Shown here: one piece after another, positions 26,140 through 36,855 of the stretch
Layout of the letters: each line of letters begins with the position of its first letter
Numbering within the stretch: the first letter of the stretch is position 1
Source: Cyanobacteria bacterium J06626_4
GTDB taxonomy: Bacteria; Cyanobacteriota; Cyanobacteriia; Phormidesmidales; Phormidesmidaceae
Direction of reading: 5' to 3'
Length of the DNA stretch: 64,000 nt
NCBI GenBank assembly: GCA_038523235.1
Contig: JBCBJQ010000016.1
Location: 1-64,000, forward strand
Made by a program: the position numbers and the translations under genes
The notes under the pieces: model-generated
Told to the model about the DNA's origin: nothing
Databases searched by the model: none
What the model saw: only the letters and a program-made list of their open reading frames with translations

Positions 26140-27510
26140 ATGACTCACTGGCAACAAGGCGAAACCCTCGAATTGGAGATCACTGACCTCAGCAGCGACG
26201 GCGATGGGGTGGGCCGGTGGGACAACCGAGTCGTATTTGTGCCAAATACTGTACCGGGCGATCGCATTCAGGTGCGGCTAGTTTTCGTGAAACCGTCGTT
26301 TGGCAAAGGCCAGCTGATGGAAATTTTGCAGGCGTCGAGCGATCGCATTCGTCCGCCCTGCATTGTGGCTGATAAGTGCGGGGGTTGTCAGTGGCAGCCG
26401 GTGGCCTATGCGGCTCAGTTGGCAGCCAAACAACAGCAGGTGATTGACGCACTAGAGCGGATCGGTCATTTCACCAACATTCCGATCAGTCCGATGATGG
26501 CCGCTGACGCCCCACTGGGCTATCGCAACAAAGCCACCTATCCGCTCGGGATTTCGGCTGAAGATACCGTTAAAGCCGGCTATTTTCGCAAGGGCACCCA
26601 CCAAATCATTAACCTCAACCAATGTCCGGTGCAGGATGATCGCCTTGATCCTCTATTGGCTGAGGTGAAGCACGATATTCAGGCCCAGGGCTGGTCAATT
26701 TATGACGAAGCCACGCAGCAAGGGGCACTACGGCATCTGGCGCTGCGGGTGGGTCGGCGCACTGGTCAACTGATGTTGACGCTGGTCAGCACCACCTGGG
26801 AGCTGCCAGGTCTAGAGGCACAATGTGGGGAATGGAAGGCTCGGTATCCCCACCTAGCGGGCATTTGCATCAACCGTAACCGCAAGTCGGGCAACGCGAT
26901 CTGGGGCAAAGAGTCGCGCTTTGTGGTGGGTGAGCCCTACTTAGAAGAAGAATTTGCCAATCTGACATTTCACATTTACCCCACCAACTTTTTTCAGGTG
27001 AATACGGAGCAGGCAGAGCGACTGCTGCGGGTCATGCTAGATGAGTTGCAATTGCAGGGCACGGAGGTCGTGGTCGATGCCTACTGCGGCATTGGCGCAT
27101 TGACCTTACCCATTGCCCAGCGCGCCAGCTTCTGCCTGGGCCTGGAAGTGCAGGAGGAAGCCGTGGAAGTGGCGATCGAAAACGCCAAACTTAATAACAT
27201 TCGTAATGCTCGATTTAAGGCGGGCACAGTGGATAAACTGCTGCCGGACGTGCGGGAATCGTTGCGCGATCAGGCTCCCGATATTGTGGTGCTCGACCCG
27301 CCCCGCAAAGGCTGTGGCGATCGCGTGCTGGCGGCGCTGCTGGCCCTGCATCCACCGCGCATTGCCTACATGAGCTGCAATCCCGCCACGCTGGCGCGAG
27401 ACCTCAAGCGCCTGTGCGAAGCGGGCGGCTACCGGTTGCAGCGGGTGCAGCCGGCCGACTTCTTTCCCCAAACCGCTCATGTAGAGTGTGTCGCGTTTCT
27501 GGTAGCGTAA
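26140..27510 (+). CDS. rlmD: 23S rRNA m5U1939 methyltransferase
   Basis: TRAM domain, Fe-S cysteines C..CGGC, FFQVN, DAYCGIG, LDPPRKG, SCNPATLARD, FPQTAHVE. Confidence 0.95.
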   Translation: MTHWQQGETLELEITDLSSDGDGVGRWDNRVVFVPNTVPGDRIQVRLVFVKPSFGKGQLMEILQASSDRIRPPCIVADKCGGCQWQPVAYAAQLAAKQQQVIDALERIGHFTNIPISPMMAADAPLGYRNKATYPLGISAEDTVKAGYFRKGTHQIINLNQCPVQDDRLDPLLAEVKHDIQAQGWSIYDEATQQGALRHLALRVGRRTGQLMLTLVSTTWELPGLEAQCGEWKARYPHLAGICINRNRKSGNAIWGKESRFVVGEPYLEEEFANLTFHIYPTNFFQVNTEQAERLLRVMLDELQLQGTEVVVDAYCGIGALTLPIAQRASFCLGLEVQEEAVEVAIENAKLNNIRNARFKAGTVDKLLPDVRESLRDQAPDIVVLDPPRKGCGDRVLAALLALHPPRIAYMSCNPATLARDLKRLCEAGGYRLQRVQPADFFPQTAHVECVAFLVA

Positions 27511-27536
27511 GAGAGCCCTTTTTTGATCGAACCGGT

Positions 27537-28580
27537 ATGCAGTTCAGCGCGATCGCCCAACAGATTGGCATCACTGAAGCCTCAAGTCTAGCCGCGTATC
27601 CAGAACGCGATCCCGATATTACTGGGGTTGCAGCGGTGCAAACGGCAACAGCGGGCAGTATCAGCTATATCGAAGGGGCAAAGTTTGGCCAATACGCCAC
27701 GACAACTCAGGCGAGCGCCCTGATTTTGCCGCCCGATGAGGCGCTGCAAACCCAGGCAAATGAGCGGGGTTTGGCCTGGCTCAGTGCGGCTGATCCGCGA
27801 TTGGGCTTTGCCCGCACCATTGCGTTGTTTTATCGCCCGTTTCAGCTAGCACCGGGCATTCATCCCACGGCCATTGTGGATGCTGCTGCCAAACTCGGAG
27901 CCGACGTCGCCATCGGGGCTCATGCCGTGGTGCAGGCGGGGGCCACCATCGGCGATGGCGTCTGCATTCACCCCAACGTGGTGGTTTATCCGCACGCTAT
28001 CATCGGCGATCGCACCGTGCTGCATGCCAACTGTGTCATCCATGAACGCACTCATATCGGGGCCGACTGTGTGGTGCATAGCGGGGCTGCAATCGGGTCA
28101 GAAGGCTTTGGCTTTGTGCCCACTGCCACCGGCTGGGAAAAGATGGAACAATCGGGCACAACCGTGCTTGAAGACGGGGTAGAAATTGGCTGCAACTCCA
28201 CGGTTGATCGCCCCGCCGTGGGGGAAACTCGCATTAAACAAGGCACCAAGCTCGACAATATGGTGCATGTGGCTCACGGCTGTGAAATCGGCCAGGGCGT
28301 AGTGATGGCGGCCCAGGTGGGCATGGCCGGGGGCGTCACGGTCGGCAACCGCGTGATTTTGGCGGGCCAAGTCGGCATCTCTAACCAGGCAAACATCGGC
28401 GATGGCGCGATCGCCACGGCCAAGGCGGGCATTCACAGTGATGTGGCTCCCGGCGACATCGTCACCGGGATTCCCGCCTTGCCTCACAAAGTCTTTCTCA
28501 AAGCCTCGGCAGTGTTTAGCCGCTTGCCTGAAATGCATCGCACTCTGCGCAAAATTAGCCGTCAGCTCAAGTTAGATTGA
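27537..28580 (+). CDS. lpxD: UDP-3-O-acylglucosamine N-acyltransferase
   Basis: Hexapeptide repeats; IHPTAIV, GSEGFGF, KLDNMVHVAH, LAGQVG. Confidence 0.96.
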   Translation: MQFSAIAQQIGITEASSLAAYPERDPDITGVAAVQTATAGSISYIEGAKFGQYATTTQASALILPPDEALQTQANERGLAWLSAADPRLGFARTIALFYRPFQLAPGIHPTAIVDAAAKLGADVAIGAHAVVQAGATIGDGVCIHPNVVVYPHAIIGDRTVLHANCVIHERTHIGADCVVHSGAAIGSEGFGFVPTATGWEKMEQSGTTVLEDGVEIGCNSTVDRPAVGETRIKQGTKLDNMVHVAHGCEIGQGVVMAAQVGMAGGVTVGNRVILAGQVGISNQANIGDGAIATAKAGIHSDVAPGDIVTGIPALPHKVFLKASAVFSRLPEMHRTLRKISRQLKLD

Positions 28581-29511
28581 GGTGGTGCACCGCTCTGACC
28601 AAACGGTTGCGACCCGCTCCTTTTGCTCGGTAGAGCGCCTTGTCCGCCTGATCAACTAAGCTGTCGGACCGCGTGGTTACAGTCGGCAACAGGGTCACGC
28701 CACCCGCGCTGTAGGTAACAATTTCATCCACACCAGAATTGCGATGGGGAATCGCACAGGCCCGGAGACGCGCCCTGATTTTGCGATCAATCGCGGCTAA
28801 CCCAGCCATTGAGATATTGGGGAGCAGCAGCACAAATTCTTCGCCGCCATAACGCGCCACTAAATCAGCGGGCCGTTCCGTACAAGATCGCAAGATTTCA
28901 GCAAAGGTTTGCAGGCAGCGGTCACCTTCTAAATGTCCGTAGGTATCGTTAAATTGCTTAAAGAAATCCAGATCGCAGAGTAGCAGCCCTAGAGGTAGCT
29001 GCTCTCGGGTCAAGCGTCGCCATTCTTGGTTCAGCATAGTCTGAAAAAACCGACGATTGGCCAAGCTGGTCAGGTCATCGGTATGAGAGATTTGCTGTAG
29101 CCGCACATTGGTATCAGCCAACTCATGAAATAGCTGGCGTTCTCTCAAAACGCGCTTAATCCGATGACAAAGAACCGAAAGGTTAACAGGCTTAGTGATG
29201 AAATCTGTCGCTTTAGCATTAAAGGCTTTATTAACTGAAGATTCATCACTGAGTCCAGTCACAATCAGCACCGGTGGGCAGTCCTGCCGCAGTCGCCGAT
29301 GCATCACTTGGCAACACTCAAACCCATCAATATCTGGCAGCAGCGCATCCAACAGCACCACATCCACAGTCTCACACATTACCGTTGAGATGCCTTCGAA
29401 TCCAGTTGCCGCAGTGACGACTTCAAAGGTCTGCTGCTCAAGGGCACACACTAGCAAATTTCGGGTATCTGCATCATCATCAACTACCAGAATTTTAGGG
29501 AGCGTCGTCAT
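28567..29511 (-). CDS. REC-GGDEF diguanylate cyclase
   Basis: Receiver domain (ILVVDDD, LLD, KP); DDLTSLANRR, FKQFNDTYGH, I-site RPAD, active site GGEEF. Confidence 0.95.
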   Translation of the reverse strand: MTTLPKILVVDDDADTRNLLVCALEQQTFEVVTAATGFEGISTVMCETVDVVLLDALLPDIDGFECCQVMHRRLRQDCPPVLIVTGLSDESSVNKAFNAKATDFITKPVNLSVLCHRIKRVLRERQLFHELADTNVRLQQISHTDDLTSLANRRFFQTMLNQEWRRLTREQLPLGLLLCDLDFFKQFNDTYGHLEGDRCLQTFAEILRSCTERPADLVARYGGEEFVLLLPNISMAGLAAIDRKIRARLRACAIPHRNSGVDEIVTYSAGGVTLLPTVTTRSDSLVDQADKALYRAKGAGRNRLVRAVHHLNLT

Positions 29512-30093
29512 GACTATCTCAACAGATACGAGCTTAATGTCTGAGCGATAAAGAAAATCCTGTTCTTCTGACGTGTAAATTGCCTAATCACTAAAGAGCT
29601 TTCCCTATAGTCTTGGCTGTGCTGACTCTCGAGTACTTTTCGCCGAGTTTGGCGATAAAAACCAGCCTCAAAGGCAATCAAGGACGAGCACATCAAACAG
29701 GTTGCCGAAAGACTGAAGGCTCATAAACCCTGGGTAACAAGCTCACGAATGCACTCTAAATGACTCAAGTTCTCCTAAACTCAGCCCACATTACCACTTG
29801 CTATTTCACCCAGTTTCTAAGGAAGTGTCGAGTCAGGCAACAATGAATGTGACAATTTCAAAACTATATGTCCAGACTGACAGATTATGCGCAACTACAG
29901 CTTCTGGCAAAGGGCATAAGTTTTCACGTAAACCGCGAAATCATCTCCATCAATAGGGTGTGCCGCAACCGAGGCAAATCACTCAGACAAAAGACTGCAG
30001 CGAAGGTTTAGCTTTGCTTTACAATTTGTCCAAAGCTTGAGTAACCGTCAACCAGCCTTGCCTCACCTCGTCAATTAGAGAAACGTAACTGTC

Positions 30094-31683
30094 ATGAGCA
30101 CCGGATATCTTGCCCTTGTTCTGCATGCCCACTTGCCCTACGTCAGACACCCGGAAAGCGATTTTGTACTAGAGGAGGAATGGCTGTTTGAGGCGATTAC
30201 CGAGACCTACGTGCCGCTCATTACGATGTTTGAGGGGCTCAAGCAAGACGGTGTCGATTTCAAGCTCACCATGAGTATGACACCACCACTGGTGTCGATG
30301 CTGCGCGATCCGCTACTGCAGGATCGGTTTGATGCTCATCTGAGTCAGCTTGAAAAACTGATTGAGATGGAGCTTGATCGCAACGAGCACAACGGCCATC
30401 TGCGTTATTTGGCCGAGCACTACACCGAAGAGTTCCAGCATGTGCGGCAGCTCTGGGAACGGTACGATCGCGACCTGGTCAAAGCCTTTAAGCAATTTCA
30501 AGACAGCAACAACCTAGAAATCATCACCTGCGGCGCAACCCACGGTTACATGCCGCTGATGAAAATGTATCCAGAAGCGGTGTGGGCGCAAGTTCAGGTG
30601 GCGGTTGAGAGCTACGCTGAGCATTTCGATCGCCCCCCCAACGGCATTTGGCTGCCAGAATGCGCCTATTACGAAGGCGTTGAGCGGATGCTCGCTGATG
30701 CCGGACTCCGCTACTTTCTGACCGACGGCCACGGCATTCTCTATGCGCGTCCGCGCCCGCGCTTCGGCTCCTATGCCCCCATCTACACCGAAACCGGGGT
30801 GGCGGCCTTTGGCCGCGACCATGAATCATCACAACAGGTGTGGTCATCTCAGGTAGGCTATCCGGGCGCGTCCGAATACCGCGAGTTTTATCGCGACCTA
30901 GGCTGGGATGCTGAGTACGAATACATTAAGCCGTTTATCATGCCCAACGGTCAGCGCAAAAATGTGGGCATCAAGTACCACAAAATTACGGGCAAAGGTC
31001 TCGGTCTCTCCGATAAATCTTGGTATGACCCCTACTGGGCCAGAGAAAAAGCAGCTGAGCATGCTGACAATTTCATGTTCAACCGCGAACGGCAGGTCGA
31101 ACATTTGCAGGACATGATGCGCCGCCCCCCCATCATCGTGTCGCCCTATGACGCCGAGCTGTTTGGCCACTGGTGGTATGAAGGCCCCTGGTTTTTAGAC
31201 TATCTCTTCCGCAAAACCTGGTTTGATCAAAGTACTTACGAGATGACCCATTTGGCCGACTACCTGCGCGACAACCCGACACAGCAGGTAGCCAAACCGT
31301 CGCAGTCGAGCTGGGGCTATAAAGGCTTTCACGAATACTGGCTGAATGAAACCAATGCCTGGATCTATCCGCACTTGCACAAAGCGGCGGAGCGCATGAT
31401 CGAGTTGGCCAAGCGGGAACCCGAAGACGAGCTGCAGTGGCGGGCACTCAATCAAGCAGCCCGCGAGCTGCTGCTAGCGCAGTCATCGGACTGGGCGTTT
31501 ATTATGCGCACTGGCACGATGGTGCCCTATGCGGTGCGGCGGACGAGATCGCACCTCTCGCGGTTTACCAAGCTGTGGGAAGACTTAAACGAAGGCAAGG
31601 TTGACTCCGGTTGGTTAGTCAAAGTCGAGGCGATCGACAACATCTTTCCCAACATCAACTATCGGGTTTACCGACCGCTGTAG
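30094..31683 (+). CDS. GH57 family glycoside hydrolase (branching-enzyme type, DUF1957)
   Basis: LHAHLPYVRHPE, GIWLPEC, PYDAELFGHWWYEG, LLAQSSDWAF. Confidence 0.93.
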   Translation: MSTGYLALVLHAHLPYVRHPESDFVLEEEWLFEAITETYVPLITMFEGLKQDGVDFKLTMSMTPPLVSMLRDPLLQDRFDAHLSQLEKLIEMELDRNEHNGHLRYLAEHYTEEFQHVRQLWERYDRDLVKAFKQFQDSNNLEIITCGATHGYMPLMKMYPEAVWAQVQVAVESYAEHFDRPPNGIWLPECAYYEGVERMLADAGLRYFLTDGHGILYARPRPRFGSYAPIYTETGVAAFGRDHESSQQVWSSQVGYPGASEYREFYRDLGWDAEYEYIKPFIMPNGQRKNVGIKYHKITGKGLGLSDKSWYDPYWAREKAAEHADNFMFNRERQVEHLQDMMRRPPIIVSPYDAELFGHWWYEGPWFLDYLFRKTWFDQSTYEMTHLADYLRDNPTQQVAKPSQSSWGYKGFHEYWLNETNAWIYPHLHKAAERMIELAKREPEDELQWRALNQAARELLLAQSSDWAFIMRTGTMVPYAVRRTRSHLSRFTKLWEDLNEGKVDSGWLVKVEAIDNIFPNINYRVYRPL

Positions 31684-31742
31684 CAGGCAGTTAGGGAGAC
31701 CGCTGTGCTGCCAATACTCACCCCTCTGAGGAGTCGTCCACT

Positions 31743-32132
31743 GTGTTCGATCAGTCGTTAGCACGGCTCAAGCAAGAGAATGAAAAGTTGAGAAAGCGTC
31801 TCGCCGCGACCCGACAACTGGGACTGCGGGGCGAGGCTCTTAAAGTCTTTGAAACCCACTGCTCAGCGCATCTAGAACTGGACAAACAGGGCAACATTAG
31901 CGGCATTCAGGGCCATGATGGTCAACTTTATGGTGTCGCCACTTGGCTAGAACGAGCCCGCCAAGGGCAAGAAGGCACCATTGCCCAGGCGCTGCTAGCG
32001 ACCAATGATAGTCAATCAGAAATTTCGCAGCCCCACGTGAGCGTTGATCAACTGCCCACTCTGTCAGCGGCACAATTGGCCGCGATCGCCTGCGGTGATT
32101 TAGTGGTGACGATCTCAGTGCTAGAGCCTTAG
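31743..32132 (+). CDS. Hypothetical protein (129 aa) resembling phage scaffolding proteins
   Basis: GTG start preceded by a GAGGAG SD; N-terminal coiled coil; C-terminal LAAIACGDLVV. Confidence 0.65.
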   Translation: MFDQSLARLKQENEKLRKRLAATRQLGLRGEALKVFETHCSAHLELDKQGNISGIQGHDGQLYGVATWLERARQGQEGTIAQALLATNDSQSEISQPHVSVDQLPTLSAAQLAAIACGDLVVTISVLEP

Positions 32133-32201
32133 CGGCTGCTCGAGTCTGGCCGCTGCCATCTGGCGAGGGCGTTGCCTGAAGCCTGCTGGTGGAACAGGGG
32201 C

Positions 32202-32801
32202 TTAACCGCGCACCTTTTTCAAGACAAATAGACTGCCTTGATTGCCTCGGCTGATCCGGAGGTCGTCATCCAGATAGGTCACTTCTAACCAGCCCGATTG
32301 GCGATCGCGGTTGATGCGAAAATCGATGCCTTGCCAGAGCGGCAGTTTGTTCTGATCGCGCAGTTTTTGGATGAAGCTGAGCGGCGTCTTATACCCGAGC
32401 AAACTCTGCAGACCAAAGACGCCTCGTTCAAACGCCACGTTAACCCGCCGGTCAGAGACCGCTTCAAACTGGGCTGAAACCGAAACGAGGCCACCGAGTT
32501 GGGGGAGGCCAACCACTTCCGCCAGGTTATAAATTCGCGCTTCGTCAAGATAAACGCACTGATAGATCTGCCCTAGTTTGTAAAGTGGGACATTGTCGAT
32601 GCCCAGGAGTTCTTGACTGGTGGTGTAAAGCAGTCGCCAGATGCCGTTTAGCTGTTCTTTAGCAGCCAAGGCTTGGGGATGGGGGGTGCGATCTTCTAAT
32701 CGGGCAGCCCAGCTCTGAATCGCTTGCCGGTCATTGTCTGAAGCCAGGAGGCCTCGATTGGTCGAGGCGATCGCTTCTAATAAGTCTGTTTTACCCAACA
32801 T
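32202..32801 (-). CDS. PAP/fibrillin family protein
   Basis: LLEAIASTNRGL, LNGIWRLLYTTS, GWLEVTYLDDDLRISRGNQGSLFVL. Confidence 0.93.
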   Translation of the reverse strand: MLGKTDLLEAIASTNRGLLASDNDRQAIQSWAARLEDRTPHPQALAAKEQLNGIWRLLYTTSQELLGIDNVPLYKLGQIYQCVYLDEARIYNLAEVVGLPQLGGLVSVSAQFEAVSDRRVNVAFERGVFGLQSLLGYKTPLSFIQKLRDQNKLPLWQGIDFRINRDRQSGWLEVTYLDDDLRISRGNQGSLFVLKKVRG

Positions 32802-33046
32802 GGAATTCTCAATGAGGATTTGTGAACTCTGTGCTCAATCGTCAAGATACCTGTAAGCTTACGTGAGTTTTGATTGACATTTTCTGACTCGTCAGCTATC
32901 ACTCCGGTGTTAGACTCATAGCTGGGCTTGACGCTCTGTTGACCTGCTGTCAGCATATCAGCGTCCAAACTTGAGCGATGTCGGTCTAACAGTTGGCTGA
33001 GGGCTCAAGTGGTTATGGCCCTGCTTAAATTTGATTTGGATTTTCT

Positions 33047-33286
33047 ATGACTTACAACCCTTCGCTGCGGACAATTCCCCGCGATCAAACGGCCGACGTG
33101 TTGCCGACGCAAAAAGAGCCTTCGATTCTCTCTTGGCTAGAAGGCACGGGCCGCCTGAAGCCTCGGGAAGAGGTCGCCGTGATCAAAGACGAGACGAAAG
33201 AAGAAGAGAGTGAAGAAATCGATGATCTCATGGGCGACTCGGATAAGAGTTTCGATGATGATCTCAGCTTAGAAGATGACGATTAA
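33047..33286 (+). CDS. DUF3134 family protein
   Basis: YNPSL...PR...A.V, SILSWLEGTGRL..RE, acidic tail; upstream of mraY. Confidence 0.85.
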   Translation: MTYNPSLRTIPRDQTADVLPTQKEPSILSWLEGTGRLKPREEVAVIKDETKEEESEEIDDLMGDSDKSFDDDLSLEDDD

Positions 33287-33392
33287 GTATCCATCTGAAC
33301 TTGTGTCAAATGATGGAATCTCTTAGGGTGAGGAAGCTTTGGGCTCCACCCAGTGGTGAAGCTTGAGGACAGTGTGAGGAGTAAGGTTCGTT

Positions 33393-34493
33393 GTGGATGC
33401 CAAGTTTTCGTCGAAAAAGCCCCTAGGGCTAGCTTTATTATCAGGAACGGGCCTGCTGTGGCTGGTGAGTGGCAGCGCTTTCACTAGTAGTCTGGCCTTG
33501 GATGCGGCAGCGGGTCGACTCGGAGCCTTGCAGTCGCTCACCCTGCCTCTGACGCTCGCCTGGGCGATCGCTGCGATTGCTGGCGTGGTGGTACTGCCCG
33601 TCTTAAAAGCCCTCAAGACAGGGCAATTTATTCGTGAAGAAGGCCCCCAGGCTCACCTCAAAAAAGCAGGCACGCCGACAATGGGTGGCATTTTCTTTAT
33701 CCCAGCAGGAGTCTTGGTGGCGCTGGTGCTGTCTAGTTTTTCTACCGCCGTGATGGCGGTTGGGGCAATGACGCTGGCCTATGGCTTTATCGGCTGGCTC
33801 GATGACTGGCAAGTGCTGCGCCGGAAGTCCAATAAGGGCATCTCCCCCCGCATGAAACTGGTGCTGCAGATTGGCTTTGCCGTCGCCTTTTGCGCCTGGG
33901 TCATGGCAACCCAACCCATGGAGATCACGCGCTTGACCTTGCCGCTGGGCTTGACCTTGCCGTTAGGAATTTTGTTTTGGCCGCTGGCCGGGTTTGTGTT
34001 GGTGGCTGAGAGTAATGCGACCAACCTGACCGATGGCTTAGACGGCCTGTTGGCCGGTACCGCCGCGATCGCCCTGCTGGGCTTAGGTGCGATTGTGGCC
34101 CCTCTGCAACCTGATCTCATGGTGTTTTGTGGGGCGATGGGCGGTGCTTGTTTAGGGTTTTTGGTGCATAACCGCAACCCCGCCAAGGTGTTTATGGGCG
34201 ATACGGGGTCCCTAGCTTTGGGCGGTAGTTTGGCTGCCGTGGGGATTTTGAGCGGCAACCTACTGGCCTTGCTGGTAGTGACGCTACTATTTTTTGCCGA
34301 AACCCTGTCGGTCATCATTCAAGTGACTTATTACAAAGCCACTAAAGGGCCGGATGGCATTGGCAAACGGTTTTTTCGCATGGCCCCGTTGCACCATCAC
34401 TTTGAGCTATCTGGCTGGTCAGAGCTGCAGGTGGTAGGCGTGTTTTACACCGTCACGGCGTTGCTAGCCGCGATCGCCGTAACGACGCTCTGA
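33393..34493 (+). CDS. mraY: Phospho-N-acetylmuramoyl-pentapeptide transferase
   Basis: KAGTPTMGG, GWLDDW, NATNLTDGLDGL, FMGDTGSLALG, MAPLHHHFE. Confidence 0.97.
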   Translation: MDAKFSSKKPLGLALLSGTGLLWLVSGSAFTSSLALDAAAGRLGALQSLTLPLTLAWAIAAIAGVVVLPVLKALKTGQFIREEGPQAHLKKAGTPTMGGIFFIPAGVLVALVLSSFSTAVMAVGAMTLAYGFIGWLDDWQVLRRKSNKGISPRMKLVLQIGFAVAFCAWVMATQPMEITRLTLPLGLTLPLGILFWPLAGFVLVAESNATNLTDGLDGLLAGTAAIALLGLGAIVAPLQPDLMVFCGAMGGACLGFLVHNRNPAKVFMGDTGSLALGGSLAAVGILSGNLLALLVVTLLFFAETLSVIIQVTYYKATKGPDGIGKRFFRMAPLHHHFELSGWSELQVVGVFYTVTALLAAIAVTTL

Positions 34494-34530
34494 GTCTCCG
34501 CTCTATCGTTAGCTCCTCACGAAATTTCTA

Positions 34531-34564
34531 CAAAAGCCCCGTCAGCTATCTGGCGGGGCTTTTG
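34531..34564. terminator. Bidirectional intrinsic terminator
   Basis: CAAAAGCCCCGTCAG-CTAT-CTGGCGGGGCTTTTG between convergent genes, with an A-tract on the left and a T-tract on the right. Confidence 0.85.
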
Positions 34565-34577
34565 TATTTCGCAGCCA

Positions 34578-34877
34578 TTAAGACGGGTCTAAGCCCCAGG
34601 TCGGAAAGGGCAAAATTGTGATTTGCCCTTCTGCTGGAAAATCTGACTCAGGGACATCAAAGGCTCCATTCGCTAGCAGGTGTTCGCGCAAAAATCGCTC
34701 AGCTTCAACCCAGGTTTTAAAGCTGAAATTGGCCGCATACAGGTAAGGTAACGGCGCTGCCGCCTGGCAATCAGTGGCGCTAATCGGTTCCCAAAGCCTT
34801 AATTTAATTTGTCCGCTATCGGTGCTCAACCGATAGCAAATGACATGATCGCCGGTGAGGGCATGGGCTAAAGTCAT
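34578..34877 (-). CDS. Hypothetical protein (99 aa)
   Basis: ATG with upstream AGGA; ends just before the shared terminator; plausible composition. Confidence 0.65.
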   Translation of the reverse strand: MTLAHALTGDHVICYRLSTDSGQIKLRLWEPISATDCQAAAPLPYLYAANFSFKTWVEAERFLREHLLANGAFDVPESDFPAEGQITILPFPTWGLDPS

Positions 34878-35076
34878 ATCCTAAATTTTTGTATTGAAGG
34901 CAGACTCAATGCACCCTGAAGCAACCCGAATGTCAAGCAGACCCTGAGATCCCATCCAATCTCTGTCTAACTATTTTCGGTTTAGACAATCCGGCAAGGA
35001 TTGCTAACGTCACTATACTCTCGGCTTCTAGTCAATGCCAATGCTTCTGAAGCATGATGTGTTTAAAGCACGAAGA

Positions 35077-36750
35077 CTAGACGGTTTTGCGGAAACGTTG
35101 CCCGGCGATAATGACCGTGACTACCAGCAGTGTATAGGTGAGCCAGTTGCGCCAACGCACGTAGGGCGTCAGGCCTTGGCGACGATAAATCTGGGTGAGA
35201 TAGGTCACATATTGGTTGGGCTCAGATAGCCATAGCGTTCTGCCGTGGGGATCGACAAGGCCCGAGATGCCCGTATTAGTCACCCGCACCGCCCAGCGAT
35301 CGCTTTCGATCGCGCGCATGACATCTTGGGCATGATGCTGCAGCATCATCCGAGGTGGGTAGGGATCGTTGTTAGAAGCCGTCATTATCCACTCACCGCC
35401 CCGAGCCGTTTGTTGGCGAAAGAGATCACTGTAAGCCGATTCGTAACAAATGCCGATGGTGGCACGGCCAAAGGGGGTTTCAAAGACCTGATCTAGGCGC
35501 CCTGGCAGCAAACTGCTGCTGACCGGAGAAAGTCGAGAAATAATGCGTCCCAAGGTCGCTTCAAAGGGAATGTATTCTCCTAAGGGCACCAGCTTGACCT
35601 TGTTGTACTGGCTACTCACCTGCCCTTGCGCCGTCAGATTGACCAAGCTGTGAGTCAAGGTCTGAGATGAGTCGGGGATGACGGGGCGAAACGTCCCGAG
35701 CCATAGCACCACACCCTGTTCAATGACCGCTTGGCGAATCGGACTTCGGAGCTGGTTGGGCGCCGTCCACACCTCGGGGATCGCCCCTTCGGGCGTCAAC
35801 ACGGCCTCCGCCCCCTGGCTGACCAAGCGACGATAGCCATCGACATAGGCCGCAATCGCCTGCCGAGTGCCCGCCGGTGTCAGCTTGACGCGGGTGGGCA
35901 CATTGCCTTGAATGAGCCCAATTTTTAAGGCAGTCTCGGGGCGATCAGCCAGGGGGTGGCTATAAAGCGCACCGCCGATGCCGTGCAGCCCTACCAGCAA
36001 TATCAGCCCGCCCCACCCCAATTGCTCTCGCGAAATTTGAGCCTGGGCTCGGCTTGCCAACGGGCTCAGACTCATTTCGGCCCAGCAGCCATTGACGGCG
36101 ACGATCGCGGCGGTAACGGCCATCGGCCCCGCGAGCTGTCCCAGATGCAAAATCCACAGGTTGCCGGGGCTTTGCGTAAAACCGAGAAAAGGCCAAGCCA
36201 ATGGCCCCCAACTCAAAACCGTTTCTAAGCCACACCAAAGGGCGGTGCCCGCCACAATGCGAGCCGCCGGGCCAAACTCACCACGATCGCTGAGCTGCCG
36301 CAACAGGACAGCCCAGAGCCCAAAGGTGACGGTGCCGAGTCCGGTAATAAATGCCCAGGCAAACAGCGCGATCACCACACTCGCCAACCAGGGAACCCCC
36401 ATCCAGGTCAGCGGATGCAGATGGGTGATCCACGATAAAACGATGCCATGATAGGTAAAGCTCCACAGACTGCCTAGACCAAATAGGGTTTTGATAGTGG
36501 GCGATCGCTCGGGGTTCACCACCGCCCGCCACAGCGGGACTAAGGCGAACCAGGCCAGGGGCCAAGCATTCACGGGCGCAGGCGTCAGCCCCATCAACAG
36601 CCCGCCCCCGAGAACGGCGAGCCAGGGCGACTGCCACCAACCTTGACGACTGCTGGCGACTCGCTTACCAGCAGCCAATGATGATAGACGTCTCTTTGTT
36701 TTCGCGATCGCCAAGGGCCAATTATTGCCCTGAGAGGGGGGAAGTGCCAT
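35077..36750 (-). CDS. lnt: Apolipoprotein N-acyltransferase
   Basis: Multi-TM N-terminal half; nitrilase triad in TPEG, YNKVKLVPLGEYIP and ICYES; RAIESDR, NTGISG. Confidence 0.95.
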   Translation of the reverse strand: MALPPSQGNNWPLAIAKTKRRLSSLAAGKRVASSRQGWWQSPWLAVLGGGLLMGLTPAPVNAWPLAWFALVPLWRAVVNPERSPTIKTLFGLGSLWSFTYHGIVLSWITHLHPLTWMGVPWLASVVIALFAWAFITGLGTVTFGLWAVLLRQLSDRGEFGPAARIVAGTALWCGLETVLSWGPLAWPFLGFTQSPGNLWILHLGQLAGPMAVTAAIVAVNGCWAEMSLSPLASRAQAQISREQLGWGGLILLVGLHGIGGALYSHPLADRPETALKIGLIQGNVPTRVKLTPAGTRQAIAAYVDGYRRLVSQGAEAVLTPEGAIPEVWTAPNQLRSPIRQAVIEQGVVLWLGTFRPVIPDSSQTLTHSLVNLTAQGQVSSQYNKVKLVPLGEYIPFEATLGRIISRLSPVSSSLLPGRLDQVFETPFGRATIGICYESAYSDLFRQQTARGGEWIMTASNNDPYPPRMMLQHHAQDVMRAIESDRWAVRVTNTGISGLVDPHGRTLWLSEPNQYVTYLTQIYRRQGLTPYVRWRNWLTYTLLVVTVIIAGQRFRKTV

Positions 36751-36855
36751 GGACAAGCGGAAGGAATACCCTCACGGTACGGTTAGATGCAGTATCGCAC
36801 TCGATTCCGATATTGGGAGAGCAGAATGCGGCTCAGGCATCAGCCGCATTTGCCG

